The notes below the pieces were generated by a model. That model saw nothing but the letters and a program-made list of their open reading frames with translations, ran no database searches and had not been told where the DNA came from. Positions 55,395 to 64,000 of a stretch of DNA of 64,000 bases are shown piece by piece (position 1 is the first letter of the stretch; every line of letters starts with the position of its first letter). A program made the position numbers and the translations under genes. The DNA lies in the IMG/VR virus record IMGVR_UViG_3300009154_000029; one strand, 5' to 3'. This DNA comes from a virus. Taxonomy: Duplodnaviria; Heunggongvirae; Uroviricota; Caudoviricetes.

Positions 55395-56447
55395 CTAACT
55401 AATAAATCTTTTTAATTTATCCATCGTGGTAGCAAATATACCTCTCTTCTCTCCTGATTTAACCCAAAGTATTTTAACATTATTCATTTTGCTGAATGGA
55501 GTGGAATGAATTTTTTGGTGTATACTATGGAATATAATAGGCTCACCATCAACTATAGCTCCAACATATCCTAAGTGGGTGTTGAATGTAAATCCACCTC
55601 CGCTTTTTAAAGTGTTCCCTGGAACAAATTCAATTCTCTGCCCAAGATCTTCTGGGGTCCAAGGTGATCCTGTATCCTTCCTTCTAAAATATGTAGGCGT
55701 TACTTTACCGCCAGTTCCCATGTCTATTCTTCCAGTTGCACCTTCAAAGAAAGCTTTTGTGAAATTCTCAGAACTACCGTAATACATACCAACTATATCA
55801 TTAACATTTAGCATTTGTTTAATCTGAGCTTGCTGTGGAATTATTTTTTGTACAAGAGATTTAATTCTGCTTTCTGCTACCTTCTCTTTCGGGTTGGCGT
55901 TTATAAAGGTGAATATGCTAGCCATCTCAGATAATATAGGAGAAGAGAGATTTTGAAAAGCGTTAAATTCTATAAGTGACTCATCGATAGCTCTAGCATG
56001 CCAGGCATTTCCCTGTCTATTAACACCTAATGTACCAAGTTTATTTGAAACCCATTCAGCGCATCCTTCCTCTTTAACAGTGAAAAGAATATTTTCTTTA
56101 CTTGGATCAAGATTTATCTTATTACTTTTAAGAGTATCAGATATTTGAACCTGATTATATTTATTGTTATTCACAATCGGTGTGTCTTTAGTTACCCTTG
56201 GTTGAACACCGCCCAATAACTTAGGACTAGTGTTCACGCCTACGACGCCATCCGGATCTAATCCATTTTTACGTTGAAATGTCTGAACTGCTAGATTAGT
56301 CTGAGCCCCGAAATATCCTGTTGGCGATGGTATATCAAGTAGACCTAAATCTATTAGCTTCTGTTGAATAGCAGAAACCTCATTTCCTTGGTCTCCCATT
56401 TTGACATTTTCGTTGATGAACTGGGAAAAGGTTAAAGTCCTTTTCAT
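55395..56447 (-). CDS. N-tagged PG-binding plus CHAP/NlpC-like peptidoglycan hydrolase
   Basis: PG-binding DGVVG; GCAEWV...GNAWH and THLG (Cys/His). Confidence 0.7.
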   Translation of the reverse strand: MKRTLTFSQFINENVKMGDQGNEVSAIQQKLIDLGLLDIPSPTGYFGAQTNLAVQTFQRKNGLDPDGVVGVNTSPKLLGGVQPRVTKDTPIVNNNKYNQVQISDTLKSNKINLDPSKENILFTVKEEGCAEWVSNKLGTLGVNRQGNAWHARAIDESLIEFNAFQNLSSPILSEMASIFTFINANPKEKVAESRIKSLVQKIIPQQAQIKQMLNVNDIVGMYYGSSENFTKAFFEGATGRIDMGTGGKVTPTYFRRKDTGSPWTPEDLGQRIEFVPGNTLKSGGGFTFNTHLGYVGAIVDGEPIIFHSIHQKIHSTPFSKMNNVKILWVKSGEKRGIFATTMDKLKRFIS

Positions 56448-56501
56448 ATGATAATTTATGGTTTTTTGTCGTTTTGATTATATATCACAAAAATAATCTT
56501 T

Positions 56502-56711
56502 ATGGAATCTAAAACTAAGAAAGATAACCCAGAGGCAACCTTAATTAAAGAAAATATTATGCTAAAGAGTAAAATAGCTTACTCTCTAGGATCACTTGAA
56601 ACTATAAATTATTTGCTAAAAAATGACGATCCGATTATGCTTCATAAGAATTTAGAGCATTTAAGGAATACTGTGAATCGGGTATTGGATGATCTTAGAA
56701 AGGATATTTAA
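56502..56711 (+). CDS. Small hypothetical protein
   Basis: 69 aa ORF. Confidence 0.65.
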   Translation: MESKTKKDNPEATLIKENIMLKSKIAYSLGSLETINYLLKNDDPIMLHKNLEHLRNTVNRVLDDLRKDI

Positions 56712-57259
56712 ACCTTTATTATCTTGATTTTACAATCAATATGGTTTTCTACCTCTTTAGCTAACCTTAGGTTATCCTCGTCATCGTCGAAAAATATCAA
56801 ATCTGTGTACCCATCCTCAATAAAATCTTTGATTGCCTGCTGCTTTCTTTCTGGTATACTTCCCTCGTAAGGACAAGATGGATCATGTACTGCAACAACT
56901 AAAGATGGATGTATATCTATTCCATTCTCTAGAAAAAAATTCCTAACTAGATCTTTAGAACTTCTAGCTGTTAATATAGCGACAGGGACTGAATTTTTGT
57001 AATATCTAACAAGTTTTGAGAAAACACTTTTTATGATTTTCCCCTGTCTTAGAATTTCAGGAGATTCAAAGTCATCGTAATTTATAATATGCTTTCTTGT
57101 TTTTTTGAATTTGTTAAACTCCTCCGGTGTTAATTCCCTGATAACCTTCCCGGTTTTAGAATCAACTATCTTAGTCTTCGCATCTGTCTTAACTAGAGTA
57201 TCATCCAAGTCAAAAATGACCAGCTTATTTTTTTTAATATCTTTCAGCTTATTTGTCAT
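56708..57259 (-). CDS. HAD-superfamily phosphatase-like protein
   Basis: FDLDDTL, ILTAR, FFDDD. Confidence 0.8.
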   Translation of the reverse strand: MTNKLKDIKKNKLVIFDLDDTLVKTDAKTKIVDSKTGKVIRELTPEEFNKFKKTRKHIINYDDFESPEILRQGKIIKSVFSKLVRYYKNSVPVAILTARSSKDLVRNFFLENGIDIHPSLVVAVHDPSCPYEGSIPERKQQAIKDFIEDGYTDLIFFDDDEDNLRLAKEVENHIDCKIKIIKV

Positions 57260-57261
57260 AT

Positions 57262-57921
57262 CTATATCTTAACCTTGACAATCTTAGATCTTTCTGTTAT
57301 TTTCACCTCTTCTATTTTTTCGTATTCTAAGTTACTTAGGCCCTCTTTCTTTGAGATATCTATCGAATCCTTTGCGTTGGTAAAAACTCCAAGCTTACCT
57401 AGATTTCTAGTGTATAGAGATCGATCTATATCTCTATTGTGATCTAATGATCTGTAACGACATTGCTTTCTGTATGTGCTAATCTCGTTAATAGCACATC
57501 TCATTAGAACGTCATCATCCTCTGCTCCCCATCCCCAATACTCATTAGCATATCCATTTATTTTTAAGAAGCTCTCTTTGTCAAAAAGAGTAACCCCTCC
57601 GAAGTATCCATCATAGGGTAAACCCCATCCAAACTGTTCAACCTCTGAGGCCAAGTGGGTCGGTCCATCTGGATAGCTATAATCAGAGTCAAGCGGAAGC
57701 ATGTCAACGTCATGGAAGGCAAAGTAATCAAATCCTTCGGATTCTTTAAACCCTACATTCAAAAGCTTGGCTCTATTAAAAGGCTTATCATCAGATTGCT
57801 CTATGATAAATATTTCATAATCTATTCCTTCTTCGGATAGAAATTTTTCCATAAACGGAACGAATTCTTCTAGATGTGATTTCCTATCCCTGTACGGAAC
57901 AACTATAGAGAGCTTTTTCAT
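57262..57921 (-). CDS. GT7 beta-1,4-galactosyltransferase-like protein
   Basis: VVPYRDR, FNRAKLLNVG, FHDVD, YWGWGAEDDD. Confidence 0.9.
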   Translation of the reverse strand: MKKLSIVVPYRDRKSHLEEFVPFMEKFLSEEGIDYEIFIIEQSDDKPFNRAKLLNVGFKESEGFDYFAFHDVDMLPLDSDYSYPDGPTHLASEVEQFGWGLPYDGYFGGVTLFDKESFLKINGYANEYWGWGAEDDDVLMRCAINEISTYRKQCRYRSLDHNRDIDRSLYTRNLGKLGVFTNAKDSIDISKKEGLSNLEYEKIEEVKITERSKIVKVKI

Positions 57922-58018
57922 TTAAACACTTTTATTTTTCTACAACAATTATCATTTTTAGTTCCAATATACGAAACTAAAATACCATAAACAACTAAAA
58001 ATTTTTAAGATTATCTTT

Positions 58019-58870
58019 ATGATCACATTTCATCAAATTGGGTATTTGGGAAGACTTGGCAACCAAATGTTTCAGTTTGCTTCCACGATAGGAATTGGAG
58101 GTAAATTGGGGATTGGTGTTAAATTTCCAATAGAGAACTGCACAAAACTGGAAAAAGCTGGTCCCTTTATACCAGAGAAAAATGAAAACATGGAGGTTAA
58201 GTGTGATCTATTAGAATGCTTTGATATAGATCCATCTTATTTTACAGAACTAGATGGGATGGGAATATCATCATATTATCAGGAGGCTTCTTTTAAATAC
58301 GATCCTGGAATTTTAAATATCCGAGACAGTATGACTTTGATAGGTTATTTTCAAACCGAAAAATACTTCTTAGAACACAGAGATCTTATACTTTCTCAAT
58401 TCACATTTAAACCGCAGTATTTCAAGTCTGCTTCAGATTATGTGCAATCAATAAGAAGAAACAATATCGATAAAAGAATAGTTTCTATTCACATAAGAAG
58501 AGGTGATTATGTGATGTATCCAAACCATCACCCAGTTTGTTCTAAACTTTATTATAGAACAGCGATAGATCTGATTAAATCAGAGATACCAGATGTAAAA
58601 TTTTTGATATTTTCTGATGATCCTGAATGGTGTAAAACTGAGTTTTTTGGAGAAGATTATATAATATCAGATCTTGCTGATCAGTATCTAGAACTTTGTG
58701 CAATGAGTCTATGCGATCATCACATTATAGCAAATAGCTCATTTAGCTGGTGGGGCGCATGGCTAAATAAGAATTCAGATAAAAAAGTAATTGCTCCCTC
58801 TAAATGGTTTGGCCCAGCAATTGATCATGATACATCCGATCTATATTGTCAAAATTGGATAAAAATTTAA
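58019..58870 (+). CDS. GT11 alpha-1,2-fucosyltransferase-like protein
   Basis: GRLGNQMFQ, HIRRGDY, IANSSFSWWGAWL. Confidence 0.9.
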   Translation: MITFHQIGYLGRLGNQMFQFASTIGIGGKLGIGVKFPIENCTKLEKAGPFIPEKNENMEVKCDLLECFDIDPSYFTELDGMGISSYYQEASFKYDPGILNIRDSMTLIGYFQTEKYFLEHRDLILSQFTFKPQYFKSASDYVQSIRRNNIDKRIVSIHIRRGDYVMYPNHHPVCSKLYYRTAIDLIKSEIPDVKFLIFSDDPEWCKTEFFGEDYIISDLADQYLELCAMSLCDHHIIANSSFSWWGAWLNKNSDKKVIAPSKWFGPAIDHDTSDLYCQNWIKI

Positions 58871-58873
58871 AAA

Positions 58874-59620
58874 ATGAATAATTTTTTTAGTATAACAATA
58901 AACACTTTTAACCATGTTCAATGGATAGAGAGATGCCTCAGAAGTTGCGCAGAACAAGACTACCCAAACTTTGAGGTTATCGTACTTGATGACATTTCAA
59001 CAGATGGAACTTTTGATATCTGTAAAAAAATAGAATCAGAGTTTCCTGATAGAGTAAGAGCAATTCAAAACAATGAAAAGATGTACTCGCAGGTCAGAAA
59101 TATTTTTCTATTGACCAAAGAGTGTAAACCTAATTCTATTGTGGTTTCAATAGATGGAGATGATTGGTTAAAAGATAACAGCGTATTAAAAACAGTAGCT
59201 TCTGTGTATGAAAAAGAAGATATATGGATGACATACGGAAGATATGAGGAATATCCAACAGGTAATATCCCAGGGGATTATCGTTCATATCCACAAGAAA
59301 TAATAGAGGGAAATTATTTCAGAAATTATAATTGGCTTGCTTCACACTTAAGAACGTATAGAAGAGAACTTTTTCTAAAAATAAAGGAGGATGATTTTAA
59401 ATTTCCCAATGGAGAATGGTTAGACGTTACCGGAGATCAAGCTTTCATGTTTCCTATGCTGGAGATGTCTGGGCATAGAAGCAGATTTATAGATAAGGTT
59501 TTACTTGTTTATAATGTGGCAAATCCAACACGTGATGGAGCAACAAAGGTCAATCGTCAGGTTGAGGTAGCTAATTACATAAGAAGCAAAGAAAAATATC
59601 AAAAAATAGATTCTATATAA
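58874..59620 (+). CDS. GT2 glycosyltransferase
   Basis: EVIVLDDISTDGT, SIDGDDW. Confidence 0.88.
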   Translation: MNNFFSITINTFNHVQWIERCLRSCAEQDYPNFEVIVLDDISTDGTFDICKKIESEFPDRVRAIQNNEKMYSQVRNIFLLTKECKPNSIVVSIDGDDWLKDNSVLKTVASVYEKEDIWMTYGRYEEYPTGNIPGDYRSYPQEIIEGNYFRNYNWLASHLRTYRRELFLKIKEDDFKFPNGEWLDVTGDQAFMFPMLEMSGHRSRFIDKVLLVYNVANPTRDGATKVNRQVEVANYIRSKEKYQKIDSI

Positions 59621-59621
59621 T

Positions 59622-60251
59622 ATGGAGAATAAGTTTTTTATCGGGATCATCTCCCATAAGGGTAGCGTTAAAAGAGATCAGCAGGCAAAGGTCTGGAAAG
59701 AGACAAATATACAAGACATAGAGTATTATTATTTTATAGGGGATCCAAGGATAGAGGATGAATATAAGGTAGACGAAAAAGAAAGAATAGTTTACCTTAA
59801 GGTTCCCGATAATTATGAATCCCTCCCTCTAAAAACAAGAGGCATTTTGAAATTTTATCTTGAGAATTTTTCAGATTCAACAAGGGGTATTTTAAAGACA
59901 GATGATGATATTGAGGTAAATCCGCTTCTCATACATAAGATGCTGCTGGAAAACTTGGATAAAAATTATTATGGTCTGGAAGTTAATATAGTTAATGGAT
60001 ACGAATCAACGTATCATTGGGGAAAATGCGAATCTGAATATTGGAATCATAACAGTGCTACAGTACCGCAATCTAAATATTGTGCTGGCGGTGGATACTA
60101 TATAGGAAAAGAAAATGTAATCCTTATGGAGAATGAATTTGGAATTTACGAAACATCTATTTTCGAAGATGTTTTAACTGGGGTAATCTTAAATAGGGCC
60201 GGAATTTATCCAGAAAATATCGATATTAAAAATAAAGGATTAATTTGGTAA
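59622..60251 (+). CDS. GT31-like galactosyltransferase
   Basis: ESLPLKT, LKTDDD, YCAGGGY, EDV. Confidence 0.8.
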   Translation: MENKFFIGIISHKGSVKRDQQAKVWKETNIQDIEYYYFIGDPRIEDEYKVDEKERIVYLKVPDNYESLPLKTRGILKFYLENFSDSTRGILKTDDDIEVNPLLIHKMLLENLDKNYYGLEVNIVNGYESTYHWGKCESEYWNHNSATVPQSKYCAGGGYYIGKENVILMENEFGIYETSIFEDVLTGVILNRAGIYPENIDIKNKGLIW

Positions 60252-60961
60252 TTATGAAAGTTTCAATTTGCATACCTTGTTACGAAATGCATAATATAGG
60301 AGCAACATTTTTATACGTAAATTTGTCTAAAATTTTATATCAGACTTATAAAGATATAGAAGTTGTAATTTCTGATCACAGCAATGATGATTCTATATTA
60401 AAAATTTGCGATGAATTTTCAAAAAAAGGTTTGGAGATATCCTATATAAAAAATAAAAATATGAGGGGTAATTCCTCTGCTAATTTAAATGAAGCAATAA
60501 AATTAGCTAAGGGTGATATTATTAAAATTATATTTCAGGATGATTTTTTATACCACGAAAGAAGTATAGAGGATATAGTTAAAGTTTATAAAGAGAATGC
60601 AAAAATTAAATGGTTAGTTACCTCGTGTTGTCATACCAAAAATGGATCAGATTATTATGAATATATGGATCCAATGTACACTAAAAATATTCTCGAGGGT
60701 AATAATAGGATAAGCTCTCCTAGTGTTCTCTCTTTTATTAATTCGGAGGATAAGGAGCTATTTGACCCAAATTTTATTTGGCTAATGGACTGTGATTATT
60801 ACTATAGATTATATCAAAAATACGGAGAACCCTTTTATCTAAAGGAAACTAATGTTGCGAATCGTCACTGGGGGGGTCAACTGACTAAAACGGTCGATAA
60901 TATAACAGCGGAATTTGAACATCAATATATATTAAAAAAACACAATTATGGATTTAATTAA
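60245..60961 (+). CDS. GT2 glycosyltransferase
   Basis: SICIPCY, VVISDHS, FQDDF, MDCDYY. Confidence 0.88.
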   Translation: MVIMKVSICIPCYEMHNIGATFLYVNLSKILYQTYKDIEVVISDHSNDDSILKICDEFSKKGLEISYIKNKNMRGNSSANLNEAIKLAKGDIIKIIFQDDFLYHERSIEDIVKVYKENAKIKWLVTSCCHTKNGSDYYEYMDPMYTKNILEGNNRISSPSVLSFINSEDKELFDPNFIWLMDCDYYYRLYQKYGEPFYLKETNVANRHWGGQLTKTVDNITAEFEHQYILKKHNYGFN

Positions 60962-61511
60962 TCAGATTTACGAGAAAAAATGCAACACACCATCAGATAT
61001 ACATGAGCATTTACCAGTATTAAAAAAATATGCTGAGGAATGTGAGATAGTATTAGAAATGGGTGTGAGAAGTATAGTTTCTACCTGGGCATTTCTTTCT
61101 GCTAAGCCTAAGAAATTGATATCATTAGATATCATACACCCGAAGGATTATATAAATCACGATCCTGGAGGTTGCAATCTTAACCTAGTTGAGAAACTTT
61201 CAGAAGAGAATGGGATAGATTTTAAATTTATATTAGGTGATAGCTTAAAAACAAATCCTATAGAATGTGATCTTTTATTTATTGATACCCTCCACGATTA
61301 CGATCAGCTTAAGAAAGAACTCAATATACATTCTTCCTTGTGTAAAAAGTATATTATCCTTCATGACACTACACATTTCGCGGATAAGGGAGAAACTAAA
61401 GGTAAAGAAGGAATATGGAGGGCAGTAGAAGAATTCATAGATAATAAAGAATGGGTAATAAATGAAAGATTAACTAACAATAATGGTTTGACCATATTAA
61501 AAAAGATCTAA
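60948..61511 (+). CDS. Class I SAM methyltransferase (Methyltransf_24-like)
   Basis: LEMGVR, DLLFIDTLH, LHDT. Confidence 0.8.
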   Translation: MDLINQIYEKKCNTPSDIHEHLPVLKKYAEECEIVLEMGVRSIVSTWAFLSAKPKKLISLDIIHPKDYINHDPGGCNLNLVEKLSEENGIDFKFILGDSLKTNPIECDLLFIDTLHDYDQLKKELNIHSSLCKKYIILHDTTHFADKGETKGKEGIWRAVEEFIDNKEWVINERLTNNNGLTILKKI

Positions 61512-61513
61512 AT

Positions 61514-62170
61514 ATGCTCGAATTAAAAAATGTAACTTTAGTTTCTATGTCATCTGTTAGTTTAGATCTTACAATCAAAGCTATCGAAAAGTCATGTTCT
61601 AATATAAAATACGGGGCAGTAAAGCTAATCTCACACGAAAAACCAACCAATCTTCCGGATTTTATAGAATTTTGCTATATAGAAAGAATAAACAGCATAG
61701 ATGAGTATAGCTATAATATGATATACAATCTAGGGAAATACATAGAAACGGAATTTGCTTTAATAGTTCAAGCGGATGGATATGTTGTTAATTCAGAATC
61801 GTGGAGTGATAGTTTTTTAGAATATGACTATATAGGAGCACCGTTTACTTTACCTGAAGATAGCTTTTCGTATCGGGATATTTTTGGTAATATCTTCAGA
61901 GTCGGTAACGGTGGATTTTCATTAAGAAGTAAAAAATTAATAGATCTTCCAAACAATCTAAATTTAGAATGGAAATCTTTTCATGGGTTCTATAATGAAG
62001 ATGGATTTATATGTGCTATGTACAGGAACATATATGAAGAAAATGGGTGTAAATTCGCTCCATTAGAAGTTGCTAAATATTTCTCACACGAAAATACAAT
62101 ACCCGAGATATATGGGATTATCCCATTCGGGTTTCACGGTAAAAATTCAAAATGGATAAAAAATGGATAA
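61514..62170 (+). CDS. DUF5672-like glycosyltransferase-associated protein
   Basis: YDYIGAPF, VGNGGFSLRS, NED, FGFHG. Confidence 0.8.
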   Translation: MLELKNVTLVSMSSVSLDLTIKAIEKSCSNIKYGAVKLISHEKPTNLPDFIEFCYIERINSIDEYSYNMIYNLGKYIETEFALIVQADGYVVNSESWSDSFLEYDYIGAPFTLPEDSFSYRDIFGNIFRVGNGGFSLRSKKLIDLPNNLNLEWKSFHGFYNEDGFICAMYRNIYEENGCKFAPLEVAKYFSHENTIPEIYGIIPFGFHGKNSKWIKNG

Positions 62171-62282
62171 AACAAGAATCAAGGAACTAATCGGAAAAGA
62201 AAACCCGACAATCTTAGAAATAGGGTGCGCAGACGGGAGAGACACACAAGATTTCATTAACTTAAAAAATAAAAAATTATGA
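62163..62282 (+). pseudogene. 39-aa N-terminal remnant of an FkbM-like methyltransferase
   Basis: Hand-translated MDKTRIKELIGKENPTILEIGCADGRDT, then stop overlapping the next ATG. Confidence 0.55.
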
Positions 62283-63064
62283 TAGAAAAAAATAAAGGCA
62301 CTTTTGTTGTGCTACGTTCTGCCGGATTAGGTAATAGGTTAAAATCCTATATATCACATATGGCTAGATACGAAAGCATTTTAGTCGAAAAACCAAGTGA
62401 TGCAATTTTTTTTAAGAATTTCGGATTGGCTTCTGTAGATGATATTGCAAAATATCCACACACTGCAAGTGTTTGGCAATTGCTAGTTGATCCAGAAGAA
62501 GAATCTTTTATACAAGACTATAAAACTATTGACTTTCTATATAACGATACCCCAAAATATTTTATAGATAAATACCTACCGATTTGGGGATCGCTTGAGT
62601 TTAACGAAGATGTAATAAATAGAGTAAATGAAATATCAAAAACTTGGGATTTTGATAATTTAATTGGGTTAAATATTAGAAGTATGACACCTTGTTTTGG
62701 TAGAGATAAGTTTGTTGATTATGACGGATTTGAAAAAGAGATAAATGATAAAAATGATATTTTTTTTATTGCGTCAGATAGTTTAGGAATTAAAAATTAT
62801 TATAAAGAAAAATATGGTGATAGATGTTTTATGTATGAGAGAAATGAAATAATAGATAGTGGTGTTACTGATGACTATGAACAAAATCTACAAGCGTTAG
62901 TAGAAATAATATTATTATCAAAATGCCGTAAAAAATTAGTTGCATCATTAGGTAGTACATTTACTGAATGTGCTTGGTGGTTAGGTGGATGTAAAACAAA
63001 GGTTGTTTGTCCTGTTCATCAAATACCCGATGAATGGATTAAACTACACATGATAAAAAAATAA
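62279..63064 (+). CDS. O-fucosyltransferase/NodZ-like (GT-B) protein
   Basis: GLGNRL, GLNIR, FIASDS, LLSKC, GSTF. Confidence 0.7.
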   Translation: MIEKNKGTFVVLRSAGLGNRLKSYISHMARYESILVEKPSDAIFFKNFGLASVDDIAKYPHTASVWQLLVDPEEESFIQDYKTIDFLYNDTPKYFIDKYLPIWGSLEFNEDVINRVNEISKTWDFDNLIGLNIRSMTPCFGRDKFVDYDGFEKEINDKNDIFFIASDSLGIKNYYKEKYGDRCFMYERNEIIDSGVTDDYEQNLQALVEIILLSKCRKKLVASLGSTFTECAWWLGGCKTKVVCPVHQIPDEWIKLHMIKK

Positions 63065-63078
63065 TAAATATAATCTAA

Positions 63079-64000
63079 ATGATAGTAACTGAATTTTATA
63101 ATGGTCAAGGTTTAGGAAATCAATTATGGAATTATTTTGTTACTAAAATAGTGGCTCATAAAAAGGGACATCTACATGGCGTAATGTCTACTGAAAAATT
63201 TAAGGGTAAAGAATTTTTAGAAATAGATTTCGGTCAAAAAGTTTTTGGAGGGAATGGACCTGAAGGAGGACCACCTTATTCTTTACCTGAAGACATACTC
63301 CATTATTACAGAGAAAAACGCACTACACACCCAAACGGTCTAGATATTTCAAAATTCGATGAAGATCTATTTAAACTAAAGGATAACACTAAAATAGACG
63401 GGAATCTACAATCATTTGAGTATATCAAAGATAATAAAGAATTAATAAACTCTTGGATCGAAATAAAAAAAGGATTCTCAGTATATAATTATGCGGGGGA
63501 AAATATTTGTATTATACATATAAGAGGAGGCGATTTTTCTGGGAGTACAGCTATGCTGGGACATGATTATTATGTAAAAGGAGTGGAAAAAATGCTAGAA
63601 CGTAATAAAAATATGGAATTTTATATAATTACGGATGATGTGAATTACGCAAAATGGATTTTTCCCTCTATAGAAATCATAGGGGGTTCAGCTTCAGGAG
63701 AAAATGATCAGAATAAAGCTGGACATCATATAGGAGGACCAATATGGATGGATTGGTCAATTCTTTATAATTGTAAAAATGCCATAATTTCTGCTTCTAG
63801 CTTTAGTTTTTGGCCTATTTGGCTGAATGAAAATAATGTTAAAGTTATAGCACCTATGTACTGGGCTGATTATAAAAAAAGCGACGGGTATTGGTCCTGC
63901 TGGGATTCTTTAATACCTCAATGGGATTATCTGGATAGAAATGGGAATCTTCGTGACTATGAATTCTGCAAGAACGAGAGGGATGAATATGAAAAAAATA
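63079..64000 (+). CDS. GT11-like glycosyltransferase (3' truncated by window)
   Basis: Hand-translated MIVTEFYNGQGLGNQL, IHIRGGDF, ISASSFSFW. Confidence 0.8.
   Translation, partial: MIVTEFYNGQGLGNQLWNYFVTKIVAHKKGHLHGVMSTEKFKGKEFLEIDFGQKVFGGNGPEGGPPYSLPEDILHYYREKRTTHPNGLDISKFDEDLFKLKDNTKIDGNLQSFEYIKDNKELINSWIEIKKGFSVYNYAGENICIIHIRGGDFSGSTAMLGHDYYVKGVEKMLERNKNMEFYIITDDVNYAKWIFPSIEIIGGSASGENDQNKAGHHIGGPIWMDWSILYNCKNAIISASSFSFWPIWLNENNVKVIAPMYWADYKKSDGYWSCWDSLIPQWDYLDRNGNLRDYEFCKNERDEYEKN

Larger units (their letters stand above)
1360..56486. promoter_or_regulatory. Dispersed late-type promoter motif RATATATA (about 20 copies)
   Basis: Plus strand: 1360, 2571, 21720, 24174, 24774, 25820, 26787, 28411, 30067, 34884, 37178, 39449, 40157, 44036, 48286, 49026. 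Minus strand: 6647, 26747, 34773, 43446, 43977, 56479. Nearly all lie a short distance upstream of a gene start and are oriented with the gene. Confidence 0.8.

Noticed and set aside
314-55782. Antisense and alternate-frame ORFs nested in longer genes (for example 314-, 596-, 6925-, 22771-, 30709+, 49626-, 54762+)
   Set aside because: They overlap better-supported genes that have promoters, tags or family motifs.
1-64000. Stop-codon recoding (code 15 or 4)
   Set aside because: Recognisable genes are full-length in code 11, and TAA, TAG and TGA all end genes. No clear CTA/TCA suppressor tRNA was found; a TTA reading of the 44425 RNA loop is ambiguous.

Overview
64 kb segment of a large (jumbo/huge-type) dsDNA phage genome, very likely infecting Bacteroidota. 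Support for the host: TAnnTTTG-type -7 promoter boxes, SD-less A/C-rich leaders, a DUF4294-like gene, bS21 and Bacteroidota-style lipoproteins. The standard genetic code fits. The window has four zones. (1) About 1-23.7 kb: a co-oriented array of about 55 mostly small early genes. Most are cassettes with their own copy of a T7ATC..TAnnTTT(G/T)..TTCTAAA promoter. The array includes a RadA-like ATPase, a DUF932-like protein, a rhomboid protease and an HTH protein, and is interspersed with two families of dispersed intergenic repeats. (2) About 23.7-24.2 kb: a non-coding boundary with a G-run tract and an 18-bp tandem repeat. (3) About 24-44 kb: genes driven by a RATATATA late-type motif. About 20 proteins across the window share an N-terminal MKH-I-x-x-F-E-x-F tag resembling the T4 capsid-targeting sequence. 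This zone also has a ferritin, a PAS-PAS histidine kinase/receiver operon, a flavoprotein and PG-binding proteins. (4) About 44-64 kb: a tRNA cluster with 10 canonical tRNAs and four aberrant tRNA-shaped RNAs, followed by tail fibres, N-terminally truncated ClpC plus bS21, lysins and a glycosyltransferase cluster running off the end. The strongest candidates for undescribed biology are the tRNA-scaffold RNAs, the terminator-linked palindrome family, the G4/iteron boundary and the tagged paralog family with variable middles. All family assignments are by eye from motifs; no database search was run.
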